64,000 nucleotides of DNA, taken from NCBI GenBank assembly GCA_963706595.1, contig OY970166.1:4096001-4160000 (forward strand), given 5' to 3'. Within the stretch, counting starts at the first letter, position 1; each line of letters opens with the position of its first letter. The translations under genes were made by a program, and so were the position numbers. This DNA comes from an uncultured cyanobacterium. GTDB taxonomy: Bacteria; Cyanobacteriota; Cyanobacteriia; Cyanobacteriales; Nostocaceae. Positions 8,875 to 19,205 of the stretch are shown here, piece after piece. Under the pieces are notes generated by a model. It saw nothing but the letters and a program-made list of their open reading frames with translations. It was not told the origin of the DNA and did no database searches.

Positions 8875-10683
8875 ATGACCACAAATCCCTCACCTCAACT
8901 TTGGCTTTATGACACCACACTACGGGATGGTACTCAGCGCGAGATGCTCTCAGTTTCAATAGAAGATAAGTTACGCATCGCCCGCAGACTCGACCAATTG
9001 GGAGTTCCTTTCATTGAAGGTGGTTGGCCTGGTGCCAATCCCAAGGATGTTCAGTTCTTCTGGCAATTGCAAGAGTATCCGCTCAAACAAGCAGAAGTTG
9101 TGGCTTTTTGTTCTACACGTCGCCCTCATACCACTGCTGACACGGAGCCAATGCTGCAAGCGATTCTGACTGCTGGTACTCGTTGGGTGACAGTTTTTGG
9201 CAAATCTTGGGATTTACACGTTACAGCCGGACTCAAGACGACTTTAGCAGAGAATCTCGCCATGATTAGAGATACTATCGAGTATCTTTGTTCCCAAGGG
9301 CGACGGGTGATTTATGATGCTGAACACTGGTTTGATGGCTACAAGCACAATCAAGATTATGCTTTACAGACATTAGAAGTGGCGATCGCCGCAGGTGCGG
9401 AATGGCTAGTCCTCTGTGATACTAATGGTGGGACTTTACCCCACGAAATTGGTCAAGTCGTGGAATCAGTGATTAATCATGTCTCATTAGTCAATAGTCA
9501 ACAACCTCTACCCCAAATTGGTATCCACACTCATAATGATTCCGAAACAGCCGTAGCTAACGCCTTAGCTGCTGTCATGGCCGGGGCGAAAATGGTACAA
9601 GGTACAATTAACGGCTACGGTGAACGATGTGGTAATGCTAACCTCTGTTCATTAATTCCCAATTTACAACTTAAGCTCGGCTATAGTTGTATACCAGAAC
9701 ACCAGCTAAATCAGCTTACAGAAGCTAGTCGCTTTGTGAGTGAAGTGGTAAACCTTGCCCCCGATGAACACGCGCCCTTTGTGGGACGTTCAGCTTTTGC
9801 TCATAAAGGTGGTATCCATGTCTCAGCAGTAGAACGAAATCCCCTCACTTACGAACACATTCAACCAGAACAAGTCGGTAATCTTCGCCGCATAGTCATT
9901 TCCGAACAATCTGGACTCAGTAATGTTTTAGCCAAAGCCCGGAGTTTTGGCATTGAACTCGATAAAGACAAACCAGCCGCCCGACAAATTTTGCAACGTC
10001 TCAAAGAATTAGAAAGCGAAGGATATCAATTTGAAGCAGCAGAAGCGAGTTTTGCCCTGTTGATGTACGAAGCGTTAGGTGAGCGTCAGGAGTTCTTTGA
10101 AGTCAAAGGATTCCAAGTACATTGTGATTTAGTTGAAGGTAAAGAAACTAACAATGCCCTAGCCACAGTAAAATTAGGGGTGAATGGGAAAAATATTCTG
10201 GAAGCAGCAGAAGGAAATGGACCCGTTGCCGCTTTGGATGCCGCCTTACGCAAAGCTTTGGTTAATTTTTATCCCCAAATTGCCACCTTTGAATTAACAG
10301 ATTACAAAGTGCGGATTCTCAACGGACATACAGGTACAGCAGCTAAAACTCGTGTATTAGTAGAATCAGGTACTGGTTCAGAACGCTGGACAACTGTCGG
10401 AGTTTCCCCCAACATTTTGGCAGCTTCCTATCAAGCCGTTGTAGAGGGCTTGGAATATGGTTTGTTGTTACATTCTCAAGATTTGGGAGTGGGGAGTGGG
10501 GAGTGGGGAGTGGGGGGAAGAGGCAGGGGAGCAGGGGGCAGGGAGCAGGGGGGAAGAGGCAGGGGGGCAGGGAGCAGGGAGCAGGGGGGAAGAGGCAGGG
10601 GAGCAGGGAGCAGGGAGCAGGGGGAAGAGGCAGGGGGGCAGGGGGCAGGGAGCAGGGGGGAGAAGACGGTAACTTCCCAATGA
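8875..10683 (+). CDS. cimA: Citramalate synthase (LeuA/CimA family) whose C-terminus runs into a repeat array
   Basis: DTTLRDGTQ, HTHND, GERCGNA, AHKGGIH and LeuA-type regulatory domain. Confidence 0.92.
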   Translation: MTTNPSPQLWLYDTTLRDGTQREMLSVSIEDKLRIARRLDQLGVPFIEGGWPGANPKDVQFFWQLQEYPLKQAEVVAFCSTRRPHTTADTEPMLQAILTAGTRWVTVFGKSWDLHVTAGLKTTLAENLAMIRDTIEYLCSQGRRVIYDAEHWFDGYKHNQDYALQTLEVAIAAGAEWLVLCDTNGGTLPHEIGQVVESVINHVSLVNSQQPLPQIGIHTHNDSETAVANALAAVMAGAKMVQGTINGYGERCGNANLCSLIPNLQLKLGYSCIPEHQLNQLTEASRFVSEVVNLAPDEHAPFVGRSAFAHKGGIHVSAVERNPLTYEHIQPEQVGNLRRIVISEQSGLSNVLAKARSFGIELDKDKPAARQILQRLKELESEGYQFEAAEASFALLMYEALGERQEFFEVKGFQVHCDLVEGKETNNALATVKLGVNGKNILEAAEGNGPVAALDAALRKALVNFYPQIATFELTDYKVRILNGHTGTAAKTRVLVESGTGSERWTTVGVSPNILAASYQAVVEGLEYGLLLHSQDLGVGSGEWGVGGRGRGAGGREQGGRGRGAGSREQGGRGRGAGSREQGEEAGGQGAGSRGEKTVTSQ

Positions 10684-10736
10684 CTAATGACCAATGACCA
10701 ATGACCACTGACCAATGACCAATGACTAATGACCAT
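10484..10736. repeat. Composite STRR element: (GGGGAGT)n-(GGGAGCA/GGGGGCA)n-GAGAAGACGGTAACTTCC-(TGACCAA)n
   Basis: Inverted copy with the same unique core at about 27206-27309. Confidence 0.85.
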
Positions 10737-10969
10737 TAAGAAAACTGTTCCCAGGATTGCGTAACCAATTGACTTAGCCAACGCCGTTGTTGCTGATTTA
10801 ACATGGGATCGTCAGCTAGTAGTTGAGCAGTTAATTCTTCTAAGGATTGTCCCTGAGAACTCACAAGTTTGATCACTCCGGCGATGGCTGAGGCGACTAA
10901 TTCTGCATCAATTGGCTGTTGTCTTAGGGCAAAAATTTCCTGGGGACTGTCTGGGATGGGATAATTCAT
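10736..10969 (-). CDS. Conserved-looking hypothetical protein, 77 aa
   Basis: ATG start, non-repetitive globular composition, fills the gap between genes. Confidence 0.7.
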   Translation of the reverse strand: MNYPIPDSPQEIFALRQQPIDAELVASAIAGVIKLVSSQGQSLEELTAQLLADDPMLNQQQRRWLSQLVTQSWEQFS

Positions 10970-11130
10970 GGCGTAGGGTTAAAAAAATACAAAATGAACA
11001 ATAAACTTTGACAAACTATTAAAAATTCTTTACTCAATCTTTATTGAACCAATAGGGCGGAGTCTAGCGTAGTTTCTACCTTTATAAAATCTGTCTGAGT
11101 GAATAGATTCATCGGAGATGTCAGCAAAAA

Positions 11131-13271
11131 ATGATGGAAGAAATACTTTATTTGGAAGTTCCCACACCGGATACTGCAACTGTACTTACTTGGTTGCAAA
11201 TTGAATTTGAACCAGGAACCGGGGAAAAATTACTCCGACCGGATGGCTTCCGCCTGAAAATACCGAGAGGAGCTAGAAATGCTGACGCGGCCATGACCGA
11301 AAAATTACTGAGCGAGCTTTCTGTATTTGTCTGGTCAGTGCAGCGAACTACTTATCTAAAAGTATTTCGTTGGGGAGATCAAGCTGTTTCTGGAGAAGCA
11401 CAAATTCTGCAACGTCTGAGTCAGGAAATTAGAAAGCAATTTCCCCATAACTACCCAGAACCTCCAACCATTGATTCCCAAAAATCGATTTTCGAGGAAC
11501 TAGGAACTTATTACCCCCTGACAGTGAAATATTTTCAGCAAATGCCGAATGGGGAATATGACCTCAATCGTGTCTATTGGTGGGAACAAAGATGGCGCGA
11601 AGGAGTACGGAATCCTCGGCAGCCTCGTCAAGTAGTTTTTTCCCAAAATGCAGAATCTGGGGGAGGTCAGAAAGACAGTAGTATAACATCTTCTTCGCCT
11701 ACTTACGATCTGATTTACATCGGCGGCGCGTTAGGGGTAATTCATGCGGCTGTTATGGCCAGATTGGGTTATAAAGTGCTGCTAGTGGAACGTTTGCCTT
11801 TTGGACGGATGAATCGAGAATGGAATATTTCTCGTGATGAGCTGCAAAGTTTAATTAATCTGGGTTTGGTAACAGCCGCCGAGTTAGAAACTGTGATTGT
11901 TCGGGAATACAAGGACGGATTCAATAAGTTTTTTGATGGCAATAATCCGGTTAAATTGCGATCGCCTATTCTACATACCCCCACTGTCTTAAATATTGCC
12001 TTGGACTCGGAGAAATGGCTGCGGATGTGCGGGGAAAAACTCCGAGATGCGGGGGGGACATCTGGGATGAAACAGAGTTCATGCGTGCCGATATTGACGA
12101 TGCACAGGTGACGATTACAACCAAGCATTTACCCAGTAAAAATGAGCAACGCGTGACTGGGCGATTATTAATTGATGCAATGGGAACAGCTTCCCCTGTG
12201 GCTTGGCAATTAAATGGTGGTCGTGCTTTTGACAGTGTATGTCCCACTGTGGGCGCAGTGATTGAGGGGGGATTTGAAGCAGGGGTTTGGGATTCCCAGT
12301 ATGGAGATGTGCTTTACAGTCACGGCGATATTTCTAGGGGAAGGCAATTAATTTGGGAATTATTCCCTGGATTTGGTGAAGAATTAACAATTTATCTATT
12401 TCATTACCACGAAGTCAATGGGGCAAATCCCGGTTCTTTACTGGAAATGTATGAGGACTTTTTCACGATTTTGCCAGAGTATCGACGCTGTGATTTAGAT
12501 AAACTGGTGTGGAAAAAGCCGACATTTGGCTATATACCGGGACATTTTAGTGTAGGAAGTAGCGATCGCACCATTGCCTTTGATCGATTAATTGCCATTG
12601 GTGACGCTGCATCCCTCCAGTCTCCCTTAGTGTTCACAGGCTTTGGTTCCCTAGTTCGCAACTTAGACCGTTTGACAACACTGTTAGATACAGCCCTCAA
12701 GCATGACTTGCTGAGTTTCCGCAATTTAAACAGGATTCGGGCTTATCAAAGTAACGTCTCTGTAACGTGGCTATTTTCTAAGGGAATGATGGTTCCCACT
12801 GGGAAATTCTTACCACCCCAACGAATTAACTCTATGCTGAATACCTTTTTTGGGTTGTTAGCAGATGAACCACCAGAGGTAGCAGATAATTTCATCAAAG
12901 ACCGATGTGATTGGTGGACTTTTAACCGTTTAGCATTGAAAGCTGCGCGCAAAAATCCAGCCCTGCTGTTATGGATTTGGCAACTAGCTGGATTTAGGGA
13001 TTTAGTTCGGTGGCTGGGTAATTATTTTAGCTTCGGTCTTGATTCCCTCGTCGGTGCTTTACTCAGAGGATGGTTCCCCCGCTTGTTGATGCGGAGTCAA
13101 TCTTGGCTGGAACCCCGGTATCCGGCGTTATGGTTGCGGCTGTTGGTGATTAACTATGCGATCGCTGCTGGTAAACTGGGAACTAACTTGTCAGTGCGAT
13201 CGCCAAATCATTCAGCACCAGTCAATCCAGATGCCAATATCCCCAAATCAGAAGCAAAAATTCTGAATTAA
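11131..13271 (+). CDS. cruA: CruA-type lycopene cyclase / FAD-dependent oxidoreductase, with a -1 frameshift in a G7 run at 12051-12057
   Basis: YDLIYIGGALG FAD motif, MNREWNIS and GDAASLQSPLVFTGFGSL; two overlapping ORFs join as DAGGDIWDETEF if one G is added. Confidence 0.75.
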
Positions 13272-13348
13272 TCGCCGAATTTTGCCCAAATAAACTCACA
13301 GTAGTCAACCCCCGGAATAAAATTCGGGGGAATATGTCAATAGAGGTT

Positions 13349-13651
13349 ATACCAATTTTATGTGAGGCTGCATATTATTGTTACTCCACCCCTTACTCCT
13401 AACCCGTAAAAATCCGGTTCCCTCCTCGCTTGCGCTACGGTGTACACACATCCTGGATTAAAGACAGTTTCCAGTCCTAAAAACAAGATTTAAGCAGAAA
13501 TCTTGTTCCCCTCCTCGCTTGCGGGGAGGGGTTAGGGGTGGGGTCTTATGACACAAAAGAGAATTTTAAGACTTGTGTGTACACCGTAGCCTCGCTTGCG
13601 GGGAGGGTTAGGGAGGGGTTCTTTTTATGCCTCTTTATATAAAATTGGTAT
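13349..13651. mobile_element. MITE-like element with ATACCAATTTTAT terminal inverted repeats, hosting a second MITE
   Basis: 13-bp perfect inverted repeats at 13349-13361 and 13639-13651; internal CCCTCCTCGCTTGCGGGGAGGG hairpin. Confidence 0.6.
13435..13589. mobile_element. 155-bp MITE with IS4/IS50-like ends
   Basis: 16-bp perfect TIR CTACGGTGTACACACA; flanking direct repeat CCTCGCTTGCG at 13424-13434 and 13590-13600. Confidence 0.88.
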
Positions 13652-13702
13652 TACACATTGACAATTAACATTAAATATGTGTTGTCAAAAACCATATCTT
13701 TC

Positions 13703-13730
13703 GTAGGGGTTTAGCAATGCTAAACCCTAC
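13703..13730. repeat. GTAG-type REP-like palindrome
   Basis: GTAGGGGTTTAGCAATGCTAAACCCTAC. Confidence 0.7.
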
Positions 13731-13905
13731 AATGCTGGTCTATTTACAATCAAAATAATCGGGGATAAAAGTCTGAAACGACGTAGTTTATGGAAATCAT
13801 ACCCTGATTAATTTGTAAAGTGCGTAAGTTCTAGTCAATTAGTTTCACCTCAAAAATTATCCACAGCCCAAAGCGTATTCATAGCGAAGATGGTACAATT
13901 TCATT

Positions 13906-15379
<1,474 letters not shown>

Positions 15380-15490
15380 GTTAATTCTCGTTAAATGTCG
15401 TTACTGGGGTTAACCTGGTAACGATATTCATGTTGAGGGTAAATTTGGAACAATCGAAATATTTATATTGAAATTAAAGCCTAAAAATCA

Positions 15491-15658
15491 ATGAGTGAAT
15501 CAATTAAATGGACTGCTGACGCTGAAGCTAAACTCAAGGAAATCCCTTTTTTTGTCCGTCCTTTTGCCCGTAAAAAGATTGAAACCTATGCTGAGGAGAA
15601 TAATATTTCTCTCATCACTCTCGAAATTTATGAAGCTGTGAAAAAACAATTTAATTAA
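15491..15658 (+). CDS. Stand-alone PCP_red (ChlB C-terminal-like) domain protein, 55 aa; missing from the ORF track
   Basis: MSESIKWTADAEAKLKEIPFFVRPFARKKIETYAEENNISLITLEIYEAVKKQFN. Confidence 0.85.
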   Translation: MSESIKWTADAEAKLKEIPFFVRPFARKKIETYAEENNISLITLEIYEAVKKQFN

Positions 15659-15772
15659 GATTTTAACTCATATCATTTTCTGCAAAACATTTATAATTCA
15701 ATTTCACGCAGAGGCGCAGAGTCGCAGAGAGTTTTCATGAGTGTTTATGATAACTAATTCAACTGACTATAT

Positions 15773-16993
15773 ATGCTGAATGTTGAAAATTTTTCTAGAA
15801 ATATCTTCTCTCGGAAAAAACTCTGGACTGTCACTATTTCATTGACGGCTATCCTGTTTGTGGTGACGGGTTGGACGCAATTCTCTTGTTACCCAATGGT
15901 GACTGGTGGAGTTTTACCCAAATTTTGTAATAGTCACGAAAGGATACTAAAAATTATCCAAGAACCTAGAACTCATGGGAATACTTTAAGGATTTTGGCT
16001 GCAAGTCCTGAATCTGATGAAAGTGTACTCAGAGCCTTGACATCTTCCCTTGATAGCCCAAAGGTTGATAAAAATCTCAAGCTGCTTAAACGTGCGATCG
16101 CTTTTAATTCCAATACTCCTGTAGATGTCTTAGATGTGTTCGTACAATCGGAAGATGTGGGTATACTTGAGAATATTGCTAAACGTTCAAATGCTACTCC
16201 TGAAATCCTGAGAGAAGTTGCTAACAATCCTTATGCAGATGCTTTTGTAGTTCAAAAAGCTCTAGTTGCAAATCCTCAAACTCCTGAAGATGTATTAAAA
16301 AAATTAGCTAACTCAAAAGAAAGCCAAATTTTGTGGTCAATAGCCAATCTAAAAAAAGCTTCTCCTAGTATATTACGAGAAATATCTAATAATCCTGTCA
16401 TCACCAATCCTATGATTCAGGATGAATATCTCAAAAACCTTCCTATTAAACTGGCTGCTAATCAAAACACTCCTGAAGATGTCCTAAAAAGATTGGCTGA
16501 ATATACAAATTATAGTGTCTTACTTTTAGTAACTAAAAATGTAAATTCCTCTGAAGCAGTAATGGATTTGGTAGCAGAAAATCCTATCACATGGCAAGAA
16601 AATGGTATTCAGATATCACTAGCTAGTAAAAACAAAATATCAAACAAGCTCATCCAAAAATTAGCTGATTCTAACGACGGAAATGTTCTGTTGGCATTAT
16701 CTCAAAACTCAGCTTTACCTTCAGAGTTAAAAAACATTGTTATCGAAAGACTCGATCAATACACAGATGATTTGAAAATTGAAATTTCTCAACCGCTTGA
16801 TATTTCAGACAACATAGTAATTGACAGTAAAAAAAACAACTGTCCTAACAGACATCTTCGGAATAATCTCTTAGGAGGAGCCGCAGGAGCATTAGGATTT
16901 ATATTTGGTGGACCTGTGGGAGCATTAGCTGCTTATGGTACAGTGACTGCTTCACTAGAAACTGTGACAACTATTTATGGTTGTCAGTTCTAA
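15773..16993 (+). CDS. Membrane-anchored LRV-type (A.NPNTP..VL..LA) repeat protein with Gly-rich hydrophobic C-terminal tail
   Basis: N-terminal TM helix; repeated ANPQTPEDVLKKLA / ANQNTPEDVLKRLA units; C-terminal GGAAGALGFIFGGPVGALAA bracketed by two Cys. Confidence 0.8.
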   Translation: MLNVENFSRNIFSRKKLWTVTISLTAILFVVTGWTQFSCYPMVTGGVLPKFCNSHERILKIIQEPRTHGNTLRILAASPESDESVLRALTSSLDSPKVDKNLKLLKRAIAFNSNTPVDVLDVFVQSEDVGILENIAKRSNATPEILREVANNPYADAFVVQKALVANPQTPEDVLKKLANSKESQILWSIANLKKASPSILREISNNPVITNPMIQDEYLKNLPIKLAANQNTPEDVLKRLAEYTNYSVLLLVTKNVNSSEAVMDLVAENPITWQENGIQISLASKNKISNKLIQKLADSNDGNVLLALSQNSALPSELKNIVIERLDQYTDDLKIEISQPLDISDNIVIDSKKNNCPNRHLRNNLLGGAAGALGFIFGGPVGALAAYGTVTASLETVTTIYGCQF

Positions 16994-17047
16994 TGTTAAT
17001 GCTAAATGTTGATGATTTTTTTATAACTTAAATTGGAGAAATTAATT

Positions 17048-17470
17048 ATGGAAAGCGAAAACTCAAAATTGGTAGGAAAATCTGAGCAATCATTTACAAA
17101 GTGGATAGTGACTGCTTCATTAATCACTTTTTTACTATTTAGCACATTTTTATTTATGGGCTTAAAAAGCCAGTATATTGAAGTAGATTTGTGTGTTTTT
17201 GCGGTTAATTGTTCTCAAGCCCCGGAACAAGTCACAGATAAGGCTCGAATTGATATAACAGAAGTTCCTCTAGATCCAAATACAGCCTTTCAGCCAATGA
17301 AAATAACTGTCAAACCATTAGCAGTAGCAGCAGTTGCTGGAGTGGTATCTAGTGCTGCTATCGCAGCCTTGATTGGATTGGGATTGATTAGTCTGCCTAT
17401 GGAATTGGCTTTGGCTATAGGAGCTTTAATCGGTTATGGAACTCATTTTGCTTTGAAAACTTTGTATTAA
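17048..17470 (+). CDS. Hypothetical membrane protein (about 3 TM segments)
   Basis: GGAG RBS at 17035; N-terminal TM, CVFAVNC, C-terminal Ala/Gly-rich hydrophobic hairpin. Confidence 0.75.
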   Translation: MESENSKLVGKSEQSFTKWIVTASLITFLLFSTFLFMGLKSQYIEVDLCVFAVNCSQAPEQVTDKARIDITEVPLDPNTAFQPMKITVKPLAVAAVAGVVSSAAIAALIGLGLISLPMELALAIGALIGYGTHFALKTLY

Positions 17471-17563
17471 TCTGGTTGTTGGCAATTCGTTATTATTATG
17501 CTATTGCAAATAGCTATTATCTCACTATTAAAATCAACATCAAAATCTAGAGGAGAATAAAAA

Positions 17564-19096
17564 GTGAATGTCATTGAAATAGACAATATAAATTACGCTC
17601 GTTCTTATATAGAACATCCTCTAGAAAATATACAACTTACAGTCAAGCAAGGAGAACTTGTACATTTAAAGGGTGAAACTGGTGCTGGTAAATCCACTCT
17701 CATAGATATTCTTCTAGGCATTAAATACCCTGATAGCGGAACAGTAAAAATTTTTGGTTCCCCTCCCAGCGAACTTAAATCAAAATTTCTCACAGGAGTT
17801 GCACCACAAAAAATAGGACCTCCAATTGAAAATGCCCAGTTAGGCAGGTTAATTGATTTAATTGAAAGTCATTATCAAGGAGCAGAAGGTAAAATAAATT
17901 CTATCTTAGAAGATTTTGGACTTAAGTTTTCTAAAAATAAGCAAAGATTGTCAGGTGGACAAGAAAGAATTTTATTTTTTGCACTTGCACAGGCTGGTTC
18001 TCCTAAGCTTTTAATTCTCGATGAACCTACTACATTTCTCGATACTGAAGATACGGAAAATAATGTTAGTAAACTCACAAAATTCTGGAAGCATTTGCAG
18101 AAGTTTCATGAAGAGGGTAATACAGTTTTACTAATTTCCCATGATCGAGAAATTGGTGTTCAGCCAACACGAACTATCTGCTTAAAGGATGGTCGCTTAA
18201 ACGAATCATTTAATGTTTCCAATACGGAGGAATCATTCGATCAAGAAGTTGATTCAAATTTAATTGATTCTGATAACCAAGTAGGTGCATTGCACTGGCT
18301 ATCCTTACTTAGTAAACACGTAAAGTTTAATATTCAACAAACATTCCAGGCTGACCGAAAATATATATGGCTGACATTCATAGCTAGTTTTGTGTGGGCG
18401 GGCTGCATCTCTTTTGCTGCAAAGATAGGAAGCGGTGAAAATTCCAGCAGTGTATATACTATCGCTAATGCTTATTCTTTCTATCTAGCGATGACTGCCG
18501 CTAACAGCACTGGTAACATTATTGCAGAGGAACGCCAAAATGAAATATTGACGAAATTTCTGAAGGTTCTTCCATTACCTCCAATTATTTATCTATCTGC
18601 CAAAGTAATTGCATCTTGGTTAATCACTTCTTTACTAATATTAACAATGCTATTTACAACACTGTTTAGTAATGTAATATCCCCATCTATATTTATTTCA
18701 TTATTAGGGAGTTTAATATTGGGAGTAATTCCGTATTTGTTTTTAGGATTGGCATTAGGCTATTTATTTGAAAAACCAAAAAGTATTCAGATAGCGGCTT
18801 TAATGTCTTCGCTTATTTTGACAATACCAGTTTTTACCAGACCTATATTTAAGGTAATAGAAACTGTATTTGCAATACCAGGAAAACTAAATATGGCAGC
18901 ATTGATAGGAGATAATGTTGCAGCTCATTCTCCTATTTACCATTACATCCAAATAATACTTTTTTCGGGTAAAGCACCTGAATATGATCGGTACTTGTGG
19001 CTGCACTTGGGTTGGCTAATATGGTTTACTCTCATTTCCATACTTATAGCTTTATGGGCATACTGGCGTACCTGTAAGCAAGAAGCACAAGCATGA
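17564..19096 (+). CDS. Single-chain ABC transporter: N-terminal ATPase fused to ABC-2-type permease
   Basis: Walker A GETGAGKST, signature LSGGQ, Walker B LLILDEPT, H-loop ISHD; about 6 TM helices C-terminally; GAGGAG RBS before GTG. Confidence 0.88.
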   Translation: MNVIEIDNINYARSYIEHPLENIQLTVKQGELVHLKGETGAGKSTLIDILLGIKYPDSGTVKIFGSPPSELKSKFLTGVAPQKIGPPIENAQLGRLIDLIESHYQGAEGKINSILEDFGLKFSKNKQRLSGGQERILFFALAQAGSPKLLILDEPTTFLDTEDTENNVSKLTKFWKHLQKFHEEGNTVLLISHDREIGVQPTRTICLKDGRLNESFNVSNTEESFDQEVDSNLIDSDNQVGALHWLSLLSKHVKFNIQQTFQADRKYIWLTFIASFVWAGCISFAAKIGSGENSSSVYTIANAYSFYLAMTAANSTGNIIAEERQNEILTKFLKVLPLPPIIYLSAKVIASWLITSLLILTMLFTTLFSNVISPSIFISLLGSLILGVIPYLFLGLALGYLFEKPKSIQIAALMSSLILTIPVFTRPIFKVIETVFAIPGKLNMAALIGDNVAAHSPIYHYIQIILFSGKAPEYDRYLWLHLGWLIWFTLISILIALWAYWRTCKQEAQA

Positions 19097-19205
19097 TATC
19101 TGAGAAACCAAACAATTTAGATTTTATATCACTTGAATTAGAGGGATAGGAAAGCACAAAAATGTTGCTATGTATGAATTTTATCCCCAGGGATAGAACA
19201 GGCGA

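Noticed and set aside
10343..10781. Several short Pro- or Gly-rich ORFs (also at about 25716-26000, 27211-27466, 32902-33257, 41942-42156, 61805-62083)
   Set aside because: Translations of stop-free heptamer repeats, not genes
15773..19096. Classical RiPP/double-glycine bacteriocin cluster
   Set aside because: No C39 peptidase-ABC, HlyD, modification enzyme or short leader-bearing precursor is present
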